Shown here one piece after another: positions 11,535 through 23,100 of a stretch of 64,000 nt of DNA. Each line of letters begins with the position of its first letter. Position 1 is the stretch's first letter. Made by a program: the position numbers and the translations under genes. The notes under the pieces are model-generated. The model saw only the letters and a program-made list of their open reading frames with translations. It made no database searches and was not told the DNA's origin. This DNA comes from Mizuhopecten yessoensis (Eukaryota), in the NCBI RefSeq assembly GCF_002113885.1, contig NW_018405595.1, positions 1,187,123 to 1,251,122 on the forward strand, written 5' to 3'.

Positions 11535-14500
11535 ATGGTACAATGTGCGGCCATCAACTGTAATAACAGCAGTAATCGCGGACAGAAGATAAGCCTATTT
11601 GCTTTTCCGCGAGATAGAAAACTGGGTAAATTATGGGTAATGAAACTGAAGAGAGGCAATTTTTCTCCAAGCGACCATTCTAGATTGTGCGAGAGGCATT
11701 TTGAAGAGGACTGTTTCACCCAGGATCGTCGTCTGCTTGCATCAATCGGTTTCACACCAGGGCGAAAATCATTAAAACCAGGAGCGATTCCAACAATTTT
11801 TGATTTTTCATCAGCCAACATTCGGAAAAACACTCCAGGCCGGTCAGAAGACAGTTGTCTCGGCCATTTATCAACCCCAAACAAAAATCGGACAAGCACT
11901 GCTATCCAGAAAAGACGATGTCTCGAGGTAAAAAATGATTTTGCATCGATTGTATTTGTAATTGTATTGTATAAATGATATTGCAAAAAGATGCCTGTGC
12001 ACTTACATGCTTATGAAGTAAAACCTATGTTTTTAGTTCCCTCCTTTTTTTGAATTGTTATTTTACATTGTAATGAGTATGCATGTATATCATATAGGAT
12101 ACATGATTACATGTCTCGTATTAAAGTTAGTGATATTTGCTGGTGGAAATTACGTTCCATTTCATTGTTTATTTTATTATTATTTTCGTTTGTAGTTATT
12201 ACCAGACATAACAAGTCACAATAGCCTGACAAGTATGTATGCTGCAAGTACACATGTACAGTACCATCCTAACCAGGTGCATATGGAAACCCATACATCA
12301 GCATTGGATCTGACCAAAACAGCAGACAAATGTGTTGGACCAAATGATCCTCTAGATACATACAATGTTGGCTGTCAAACATCTTACAACCTAACAGTAA
12401 GTATATGAATAATTTTCAATATTTTCTAAGTACATATTCAGCATGAATATTTATATGAGGGTCTTAATTACTTGATCATATGTATGTTTCTAAATATTTG
12501 CTAATACATGTAGATTCATTATGCAGTAAACTATAACAGAAAACAAATAGTTTCACTGAAGTTGAGGATACAATTTTTAAAAAATAGCCCAATGCCCATT
12601 AAAACTTACAGGTGTACATATACATTGGATCTCGAGACTACTGAAATGAAAATGTCTGTTGTAATAATAATGTTAATCAAAATAAATTACAATGTTTAGA
12701 CAGTACAGATCGTTGAAGAGACCGAGGACATACCAGATAAGCATAACTTCTTTTTTTAATTCAGAAACGTCGCCATGTTAGTTTACAGACAAGGATCTCA
12801 GAAATGAAGCCTACAGTGATGTCTTGTGGGGTACAGGCCACATGCCAGACTACGTCTGCATCTGTACAATGTCACAGATACAACCACACCCAGAAGAAAC
12901 ATACAGGAAGTGAATCTGATGATGAAAGTGACATGGATATTTCTCCACCAGACCAGGGCCATGATTCTGAATGGAGTCCATCACAGGAGGACTGTTCAGA
13001 TTTAGAAGGTGATGTCGCACCCTTTTATAAGTTTGACAGTAATGAAACTGACCCAGACAAGGCACACAAGTATGTTGTATTTGAACAATCTTTGTTTGAA
13101 CTTCTTGATATATGTCCTGTCTGCAGGAGGAGAAACTTGCAACACATCAAGACAACAGTTGGAACTTGTGTTTGTATAACAAGTAGTTGTGCCTGTGGAT
13201 TTCTCCGAAAATGGAGGAGCCAGCCATTTTCAAATTCAATGCCCTGGGGAAACTTGGTGATAGCTTGTGGAATATTTTGTAGTGGGAACAGCCCTGTGAA
13301 AACATTTAATTTCATGAGCCATTCAGGTATTTTAGGTCTAAGTCTAACAGCATATAATAAACTCCAAAGGGCCTACATCGTACCTACCACATTATTATGC
13401 TGGCAATTCCAACAGTCTGTGTATCTAAATGATAAAAGGAATAGTGGTAGGTCCTTGAAACTAGGTGGTGATGCCAGATGCAGTTCCCCGGGACACACTG
13501 CGAAATATGGAAGCTACACATTTATGGATGTGGAAACTGCCAAAGTGGTTGATATTCAGCTTGTTCAGGTAATTGAATACTGACCTATTGATGTAGTCAA
13601 GACAAAAATGGTGATAAACAATATTTTGGTGCTTTGTCACTTACATTGATAATATATATAGTAGTCTTAATGCATGTGATTGAACTGTGCTAATTTGTTA
13701 TATAGACTATATATATGTACATGTAGTATAATAATTTCCATATTTCAATTATTTAAAATGCTTTTCATCACATACAAATCACTTGCAAAGCTGCCTTAAA
13801 CTTGCATAATAATTCAATAATTGTACATTATAATCTAATTATGTTAAAAAGAAATATTCTGCTTTTTTCCATATTTTATCCCCATATTAATTAAACTATT
13901 TCAGTCAAATGAAGTGAAAAATTCCAATGCTATGGAACTTGAAGGACTGAAGCGCTGCTTCCAATTCTTGAAGGATGAGGGCATCCCTGTTTCAGATTTG
14001 GTGACCGACAGACATTGTCAAGTGAAGAAATTGATGAAATGTGAACATCCAGATGTAAACCATTGGTTTGATGTTTGGCATGTTGCAAAAGGTAAGCTAT
14101 CTTAACCCTTTCAACACTGTAGACCATAATGGAATCATCCATATAAATACATGGTAGAGTCTACTAAAGTTACATAGGGGTGAGAGGGTTAAATATAATC
14201 ATGCATTTATAGCTCAGATATCAGTATTTTGTCTCTAGGTCTGCTAAAATATTTATAGTTATATATAACAAAATTACTTTCCATCAAATGTTCATGTTCT
14301 ACTATACATTTTTACCCTTGAATTATAGCAGTCAGCTACTACATCAATATTACTATGAATGTATGCCTGTAATGATACATGACTATTACAATTTCATGTA
14401 TTTAATTTACAGGAATGCATTGTCAATTGTTAGGGGAAAATACTTAAAAATATGAAATTGATACATCAGTTTACATCACAGCTCTGTAATATCTACCAAT

Positions 14501-16729
14501 CATATATACTCAGGGGTTTTAAACTTTTATAGGTGTGTACAAGAAGCTAGAAGCTCTGGGGAAGTCAAAAAAATATGCAGTAGCTGGAGAATGGGCCAGA
14601 TCCATCAGTAATCATGTTTACTGGTGTGCTGCCAGCAGTGGAGGTAATGAAGAGCTTGTACGGCAGAAATGGACAAGTATCCTTAACCATGTAGCAAACA
14701 TTCATGAGGGCCATGGGGATCTTTTCCACTCCTGTGAACACGGGAGCATCTCAAGAAAGTGGATCAAACCAGGTTATTATAAGATATGTCTGTCTGAATT
14801 TAGAGATAAATTAGAATTTCAAGCTGGGGATCAAGAGTTCAATAAATTATTTATAAAAAGTTTATTATACTTTTCAGCATGACATTCTTCTTTTCTAATT
14901 ACAGTAGTGCAGAATTCATTTTGAAATTACCATGATACTGTCGATATACAACAATGTAACAAATAAGCATACACCTTTTTCTCTGTTATCCTTTTACTGC
15001 CAGTAAATTTATTTAAGAGTCTTTCAAATCCAGGCACATGCACTGGCCTTGGGTTGAAAGGGAAACTATTTTATGCACATACTGATTTTAAAAGCTGTGC
15101 AGGAAGATACTACACTTGCATGTTATACATAAGTGAAATTATTTATACTTCATGATGTTTTTAATCATTACACATAAAGTATTTATGGTTTATTTATCAC
15201 AGAATTGATTTCTAACCTTTCATTTTAGGAAGCAAAGTATTCCAGGAAATGCAAAGAATTGTATGTCGGAAACTCCTAGTGAAGGATATTGGAAAGTTAT
15301 CTCCAGCACAACAAACATCTTGTTTAGAATCCTTTCACAATGTGGTGAATTATTTTGCGCCAAAAGCTAGCCATTTCTTTTACAATCAGATGAAAGCAAG
15401 GCAAGTATCAGAGATATACAGATTCCACAGTTAAATAAAAGAAATCATCTGTCAGAAATGCATTTGATCACCTTCACATTTGTTCAGACATTTTCACATT
15501 GAGCACAATGAGGTACCTTATTAGTCCCCTACGGGGAGGGGGAGGGACTATATAGTTTTGCGTTGTGTCCGCCCGTCATTCCGTTATCTTGTCCGGGCTC
15601 TATCTCCTACACTACTTGTCACTGTCATACTTTGGGTTTGGGTACGCCTTGGTGAGGCAGTGTATCAAAAGTAGGTCACTCTGACCTACATTTTGACCTT
15701 TGACATGCATCAAAGAAAATGTTTGTCTGGGCTCTATCTCCTACACTACTAGTTGCTGGAGCTTCTATTCACATTTATACCACCAAATGCAATTAAATAA
15801 TGAAACGCTGTAGAATACATAGTGTCACAAGATGTGTCACAAGATGCAATTTAATAGTAAAACGGTATCATTAAACATCTATCAGATTTATTTGCAATAG
15901 TAGCACTTACAGTACTATTCCTTATTGAATACGGTGGGTCTGTCAAACAATCTGTGCATTTTACATTCAGTGGGGGACTATAATTCGACGAATTGTCTTG
16001 TTCAATACATTTTAAAATAAATTTTACACTGACAATGAACTATACTATTTCAGACTCTGCCTGGCAGCCCTGCATTTTAATGCAAATACTTCTCGACAAC
16101 AAGCAACTCTGGAAGACGGGACAGCCAGATACAGAATTGCTTTTCCAAAAGGAAGAAAAGGGGATGCTGTTCCAAAAGAGATCAAAGTAAAACAGAATTT
16201 CGGTATGTTTTGTTTTTCATTTTTCATTTGCATTGAAATATAAAATTAATGTGTAAATTTAATGAAAACATATTGGTGTCCACTGATAGTGTATCTGATG
16301 TAGCATCAACCAATCTTTTACTGTTTTATTTTGAAGAAAAAATTGAACAATGCTGTTGATAAAAACTGTTTACATTGGTGTTCTTGGACTTGTCCTCTTG
16401 CTAAAGTACAGATTTGAAAAATGTAGCAGCAATAAAAAAAGATAGTTTTGATGTAACAGCACATTACGTCTGTATCCTATCAAACTAATATAAATGTTTT
16501 CATTGTTCTTACAGATTACATCACAGAGTTAATGGAGGAGGTAGTAATACGACGGCTCCAGTTTACAACAATTAAACAAGCTGAAGCAGCTCTTGCTCAG
16601 GAAATGGATGCTCCCCCTCCCTCTATTGCCAGTCAACTCCGTGGTGCCATTGGGAATTTTGACAGGAATGTGATCATTCAGAACCACCATCAGAGGTTTA
16701 CCAGTTATGTCAGAAACGAGGATACTTAA
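11535..16729 (+). CDS. Kolobok transposase: THAP zinc finger + DDE, 8 exons, 786 aa, apparently intact
   Basis: Exons 11535-11927, 12196-12396, 12765-13568, 13905-14091, 14533-14772, 15229-15400, 16054-16202, 16515-16729 (2361 nt; phases match, no stops). THAP motif CAAINC...FPRD...W...LCERHF...AIPTIF. Putative catalytic motifs GGDARCSSPGHTAKYG, LVTDRH and TSCLESFHN, plus FDVWH and ARLCLAALHFN. Exon 2 is the least certain. Confidence 0.88.
15519..16002 (+). mobile_element. Non-autonomous Helentron-type element (HINE/DINE-1-like) in transposase intron 6
   Basis: 5' TAGTCCCCT...AGGGACTA palindrome and a GTCCG-type microsatellite remnant. The 3' sub-TIR GGGGACTA is followed by hairpin AATTCG-A-CGAATT and CTTGTT. 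Confidence 0.6.
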
Positions 16730-19572
16730 ATCCAGTGTATTGTTCTGATGGAAATTGTTTCCGTATGGCAGACACAGCACATGCTGGTATGACCCGTCGA
16801 TTTTTCTTTCCAAGAACTTTCCATGTCCACCTGATAAAGCGGCGGTATGCAACAAAACGATACATCCTGAAATGATAAAAATTTCTTGAAGGTCAAGATT
16901 TGTAATGCATGTATTCTCAAATCAGTGCAATTTCAGTGCAGTTAAATATATGTAATAACACTATTCAGTAGTATAAAACATGAATTATGTGTTCTGTATA
17001 GAGTGGGTTAATCAATTGAGGATGTCACTGTGGCATTATTATTTTAATGTCTTATGTATTAAAAGATTGTGCTGAAGAAAAATTTCCATTTTATATAAAT
17101 GTTCTGAATATTGTTTTTTATATTACCAGTACCTGTGAATGTCCTCTTGTGCTCCTGGGCCATGTGTATCGGCATATTCATAATATGATGTTTCCAGTAC
17201 ATGCAAGTTTAGACAATTTGCAATAAACCCTTCATGTTGGGTGATACAGTCAATGTTGGCCAGCTTTTCTTCAAATATGCTCATACCATGACAGCATTTT
17301 CTTTCCTCTTCAGTAGGCATATGAGAACACATGCCACAAGAGCACCTGGAAAGAAAGAAAAAAAGATCAATTTAATTTACATATTATTCACTGATTGATG
17401 GGCAATAGACATAAAAAGTACTTGAAAAATTCTATCAAATAAGTGATACAGTAGTTTTTGTGCATGTACATGCGATAAAAGATGATATGAATGCATCAAT
17501 TGCCTTTCAATCCACTAATTATAAGTTTTAAGGAAAATTTCAATTTTGATATTAGATATTTCAGTACGTAAAAATATTACCTTTTTATGGAATTACAAGA
17601 TATTAGAGAGAGAGAGAAAAAACAGAAATGTGATGCGAGTGAAAGATGGAATGTGGGCATGCATGTTTTATATACACTGTACTTAGATGAATGTTTGTGA
17701 TGACTGTAGCTAAGTGTAATTCAAAGCATGTAGTAAAGGGGGAGGGGGAAAGGAAAGGATTTGTTCCATATTTGGTCTGAAGCATCCTTGGTTGAAGGGG
17801 CAGGGCCCAATAGGGGAAATAGAGGTACATTTTTTATGTAAATCCTCTAAATCGCTACTAGTCATGAATGACTAAATGGTTTTGATCAAATTTGGCCTGG
17901 AACATTATTGGGTGTAGTAGAACCAATGTGTAAATGGAGGGTGTTGGTTCCCTGGGGCCAGAGGGGTGGAGCTCAATAGGGGAAATAGATGTTAATCCTT
18001 AAAGTTGCTACTTGTTGTGAACAACTGTGTGGATTTTGATATCATTTGGTCTGGAGCATTATTGGGTGATCAAGAACCAATGTTATATAAATAGAGGGTT
18101 TGGCTTCCCTGGGGCCTAAAGGGCACGGCCCATTACCGGGAAGTACATTGAATTCTTTGAAATCTTTCTTCTTCAGTAGAAATGTATAGTGTTTTGCCAT
18201 AATCACTGAAATATCCTGGTGAGCGATACAGGCCATCTGGGCCTCTTGTTTGGTACCCTAAACTTTTAATGCAGTTTCAAATAAGCACTACGTGAGGTAT
18301 ACATATTTTTTTGAAACAATTTTTGTTAATCAGCATGAACACTTATAGCAGTTATAGTTATGGTTGCAATTCAATTTTTAAGTTAGGTAAATAAATAAGA
18401 TCTGAATAAATTCAAATATCTTTGCCTACTTTATTATGTTCTGTACATTCAGGACTACTCAAATTGTCAATTTATTGTACATATAATTTTAAACACTTGA
18501 GCATATTATTAAGAGTCATTATCACTCTTCTAAATAATCCCCATGAAATGTATAATTATATATTTTGCCTTCCTAGCTTAATTTTTTCTAAACATTTCAT
18601 AGGAAACAAAACATTTCTTTGGCCAGATGAATCCTTAACAGATCTACACATTTGTGAAGAAGATAATTAAGCCTCCAGTCCAAAGACGGGATTATTTGGT
18701 TTATAAACTGAAATTCTTAATTTTATAGTCTACCGTTGCGTCACATTTATAAAAGAAACATGTATCTGACCAGTGATTATTTATGTTTATATGTTTATTC
18801 AAGTTATTATGATGCCAACCGGCTAATTTGTATTGCATGTAAATCATTGTTGCACGCATGTAGATCATAGGGCAAATACAACATTGTATTGTAATTATTT
18901 ATATTAATACCATCTGCATTTTACATGAAACCTGTGTTAAAATTCATTGTTGCCCAGGAATAAATACAGTGTATACTCAAAAAGAAATGAAATTGTTTCC
19001 TGTTATTTCTGCTGGAGAAGACAGTCTGAATAATATACAGTATTAAAAGTGATTCATTCTGTAAACATTATAATACTTGCGTCGAACTGACAGCAATGCC
19101 GTTTTGCTAACGTTTAAAAAGAAAGTAAGGCAATGCAAATTTCTAAAACAAAGCTGTGGAATGATTTCAAGGATCAGTAGCTTTATGTCAGGCAGGCCCA
19201 TATGCCTCAGCAATATATATACATTTTTTACAATTTGGCCGTTACGATTGGAAAATACGTTTGTTTGAAAAAGAAAGTAACTAGAAGCTAAAAATGATTG
19301 TGACTGCAATTTGACAAACATTTATAGAAATCCGAGTAGATAATTCACAAAGAAACTAACCATTCTCCGACAGGTTGATCGGAAGCCACGGTGTCTGCAT
19401 CACTCTGGTCGCTGAGATTCAGTTCTTCAAAACAATCTGACGAATCTGAGTCGACATGATCGTCATTGTTCGATGTCTCGGGTTCATACATATATGGGTT
19501 GATATTTATAGAGAATGACACCTCTGGGATTTCGTCATGGTCGCTACAATCGGAGTTATATTCGTGCGACAT
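16710..19572 (-). CDS. KolX accessory protein with a P2X7-ballast-like Cys-rich domain, 3 exons, 193 aa
   Basis: Exons 19572-19361, 17345-17133, 16866-16710 (582 nt; GT-AG, both introns phase 2). Acidic N-terminus with PYMYEP, then WCSCGMC...ERKCC...CITQHEGF...RMYRFVAYRRFIRW...LGKKNRRVIPACAVSAIRKQFPSEQYTGFKYPRF*. Confidence 0.88.
17720..18251 (+). mobile_element. 5'-truncated Helentron-type non-autonomous element with about 160-bp internal repeats, in KolX intron 1
   Basis: Three diverged units (GGGGCAGGGCCCAATAGGGGAAATAG at about 17797, 17962, 18120) and a 3' end GGTGAGCGATAC-AGGCC-ATCTG-GGCCT-CTTGTTT. The left boundary is approximate. Confidence 0.6.
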
Positions 19573-19593
19573 TGCGAAGTTTCTGATGGATCG

Positions 19594-19618
19594 GCGATTG
19601 TCATGTATGACGTCACAG
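19594..19618 (-). promoter_or_regulatory. Right subterminal repeat with CRE palindrome, upstream of the KolX ATG
   Basis: The minus strand reads CTGTGACGTCATACATGACAATCGC, mirroring 11453-11477. Confidence 0.55.
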
Positions 19619-19816
19619 CATTTTCGAATTCAAGAACGATAACTCATGCTTGATTTTCACTTGCGATTTCGGTAGAACCTTATATCATTTCACCATTTTA
19701 AAATAATCTACACACCTGTGACGTTTGTAAGGTGTAAAAGCATTAAATTGTATAACCAGGGAACGTTATAATTGTGGAAATACACAAAAACAAACCAGCC
19801 TTTCGTTTACCTTTAA

Positions 19817-20195
19817 GTGCTGATTTACCCTCACCTGGCCCCGGTTTCCTGCGTGCACACTGGTCACACTTCCTACACCACTGTTTGATTGACTCGGTAA
19901 GTCCTTGCAAGAAAAACCTTCGCTTCACGGAAGCAATAGTTTTGTCCCTACCGAGGTGGCCAGAAGTGTGTCCATTGTGTAGCTGGTTCATTCTATCATT
20001 TCTCAAGCAGTATGGTGTGATAATCCGTTGAGTTATATCCCTTGTATCAGTGTCTACATCTGACAAGTACAGAATATCATTGCCCCCTATGCTTATCTTT
20101 TCCCAAAGTTGTACATACACTCTAACTTCATAGGGAAGTGTACTTATTTCTGCCCTAGATGGTTTGTGCGTACATTTTTCTTTCAATAAGATAAA
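19817..20195 (-). pseudogene. Gypsy element B, integrase HHCC zinc-binding segment isolated between two insertions
   Basis: LHNGHTSGHLGRDKT...RRFF...WCRKCDQCARRK. Confidence 0.92.
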
Positions 20196-23100
20196 GGGCA
20201 TGCTTCCAGTAATGTTAATTCTCCATAGGAGCCTGCCCCCGTATAATTTCTTATCTAGCTCAACTACTGTTTTTTTTCTTTTCCGGAGAATAATTTTACA
20301 CCTTTCCGACACCCAGATTTCATAATTTCAGTGAAAATGTATTTTTATAAAGTTGTCAATTTCAGCATCAAAGACATAAGTTCGTAAATAAAAGAAGGTT
20401 ATCTCGAAATTGTAATTCGCAACATAGTATAAATTTCTTTTGATAAATATTTCCAAAACATCGTGTTTATTCATAAAACATAAAAAAAAATATTCTCGGA
20501 TGAAAATGCACTTGCAGAGACACAATTATGAAGAAAAATGCCATAAAATTGCAATTTTCTCCCGTTATATAGTTTTGGATGCAAATTTCCATCAGAAAAT
20601 CGGATAGAGCTTTACTTGTTTCATATGTGTACCAAAAATCAGCTAATTCCATGTGGTGGAACGTTCTCATATCGCCGCCTGAATGTGGTTGTAAATTGAA
20701 AGAAAAGGGGAAATGAGTAACAACCTTGTCTGAAACCCTATTATATAGCTTATTATATACAAACTTTTATATTGAATATCAGAGCGGATATTTTCATGAC
20801 AGTTTTATGATGTGTAACGACTAAATAAACAGTATCGATATAAAGATTTACACTGAGGACACCCTGATACATGAATACTGTTCTATCTCAAGTTGTCCTC
20901 TTCTGAATTTTCTGATCGTGTGGCCTTGTACATTTATCCGTATCTTCTTGTCTTTGTCTATACGTTTACGGAATCATTGACTCGACGCTAGCTATTCTTG
21001 TCTCACTTTCCTTGTTTTATTGTCCCATCTCCAAAGCGTTGTGGCTCTGTCAGGGTTGGGACCCTGACTTGTCTCACTTTCTTTGTGCCTGCCGACCACG
21101 CCACATCGAATAGATAGATTATCCATATGAAATACTTTATTTTGTTCTAAGTAATCAATCAATTCTGCGCTTCTTGGAGGTATTGAATGTGATTTATTAT
21201 ATTGTCTTGTTATTTTGTGTAATTAGTTGTTCGTTATTTATCACACATTTTCGCATAATTGTACCAAACTACTAAGTATTAGCTGTTTACAGCAATCATC
21301 GGTGGCTTGCTATTTTGTTACTTTATCGACGCTTCATAAACCAATCGTTATTGTTTCAAGATGGAGGGTAAATGTGTTGGAGAAGGGTGTCAAGTATACT
21401 TCAAGAAACGTAGTGGCAATAAGAACAGAAGTGCACGCAATGTAAATAGTCCACAATATAAATGGCTCCTAGATACGCTGGTGCAACAAGGATTGATGTC
21501 AGCAAAGGAACAAGCACTTATTTGCCAGAAGTGCTACATGAAGTATCTTCGGAACAAAAATCAGCCTGAACCTGAACCCGAGCAGAACCAGGAAATAGAG
21601 GAAGAAGACGACTCCCCGTCCCATATCCTGCCGTTGCTGACCCTTCATGATCTTTTGAATGGATCATCTTCACACAAAAAATGCTGTCTCTGTCTTGTTA
21701 CCTTTGCAAGAAATGGAACAAAATCATCAGTCTTACCAAAACGTGCAAGACATCACCTGATCTATTCACACAAACTGTGGTGTCCCACCTCATCCCGCGT
21801 CTGCTCCATTCACCTTATTGGTAACGACTTAGATCCGTCTACAGAGGTTGTCCTTGATGGTAGAGGTTCCTTGGAATCTCAGTTACCATCAAAATCGTCC
21901 GAAATCATTAATGACCTCCTAGAGGTGTCGCACGTCCTTTCACAGAACCAGTCTGCGTTTACAATAAGCTTTTCTTCTCTTGATGACTCGGCATGCATGG
22001 CCTGGACAGGTTGGTCCAAAGATCAGTTCCTCGAAATCCACTCGCACTGTTCCCCATATCTTTCATCTGGTATATATACCAAGACTACACACGATGCTCT
22101 ATTACTGTTCTGGGTAAAACTGAAAACCGACATTTCCTGGAGTCAGTGTTCTTCTCTTTTTGGAATTTCCAAGTCAAGTGTGTCCAAAACTTTCCACTCC
22201 ATAGTACAGGCATTAGACACATCGATAGTCCCACAATTTCTAGGTCCGGATCACTTGACAAGAGAACAGTTGCTCGGGCACAATACTGTCTTTTCAGAAG
22301 CATTTTTTGGAGATAAAGCCACTGCCATATTAGATGGCACCTATATTTATATCCAGAAAAGCTCCGACCACAAGCTCCAGAGAATGTCCTACTGTGGCCA
22401 GAAGAAGAGAAACTATCTCAAATTCATGAGCATCGCCTTACCAGATGGCTACATTCTGGACACAGTAGGACCATTCACTGGCAGCGAAAATGATGCTACA
22501 ATTACAAAAAAAGTCATGGACAAGCTAGTTACTTGGCTACAACCAGACGACAACGTTGTCGTTGACCGAGGTTTTAGAGATGTCCTACCAGTTCTCGAAG
22601 CCTCTGGCCTCAATGCTAGCATGCCGTCATACCTGAAACCCGGTCAAAGTCAACATTCTGACGTCCAAGCAAATCTTGACAGAACTATCACCAAATCGAG
22701 GTGGATTGTGGAATCCTATCATGGTCGTCTGAAACACTGGACGTTCTTCCGAACGCAATTGGTGTCTAACAGCTTTATCAATGTCATCGAGGCTTTGCTT
22801 CGAACCGTCACAGCCTGTCTGAATGGTATTAGAGGACCGATCTACCAGAGATCTCCAGAGAGAGATGCCAAAGATAGGCTAATGGCTGAACGTATGAAGG
22901 ACCGTTTGACAACACCGAATGGTTTAGCTCAGAGAGTCAAGACAGATCCGGATCTATCTAGACGGGCAAGGTCCGAGTTTGTCAAGATGGATGCATCTTC
23001 CGTACTGTTTCCCCGTCTCGATCTTGATTACTTGAGAACCATTACGTGTGGAACGTATCAGATATCTCTGGCTCCTGGTTACATCGCCGAACATTTAAGT

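Larger units (their letters stand above)
11261..19812 (+). mobile_element. Autonomous Kolobok DNA transposon (8552 bp)
   Basis: TTAA TSD (11257-11260, 19813-19816) and a perfect 12-bp TIR AGGTAAACGAAA / TTTCGTTTACCT with RR..YY termini. It encodes a THAP-DDE transposase plus a convergent KolX gene. Removing it restores the Gypsy integrase frame (GEGKSALKSSIAHVYRPMDR). Confidence 0.93.

Noticed and set aside
11387-11986. 199-aa minus-strand ORF, and similar shadow ORFs at 8041..8424, 21993..22316 and 25577..25921
   Set aside because: These are antisense or alternate-frame shadows of real transposon ORFs with no recognisable motifs.
16710-19572. Host P2X7 receptor gene
   Set aside because: There are no transmembrane or ectodomain exons. 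Only the ballast-like domain is present, wholly inside the transposon.
11261-19812. piggyBac element (TTAA TSD) or a domesticated host THAP gene
   Set aside because: Termini are AG..CT rather than CC..GG and the protein motifs are not piggyBac-like. Perfect TIR/TSD inside a Gypsy ORF shows a mobile element, not a host gene.
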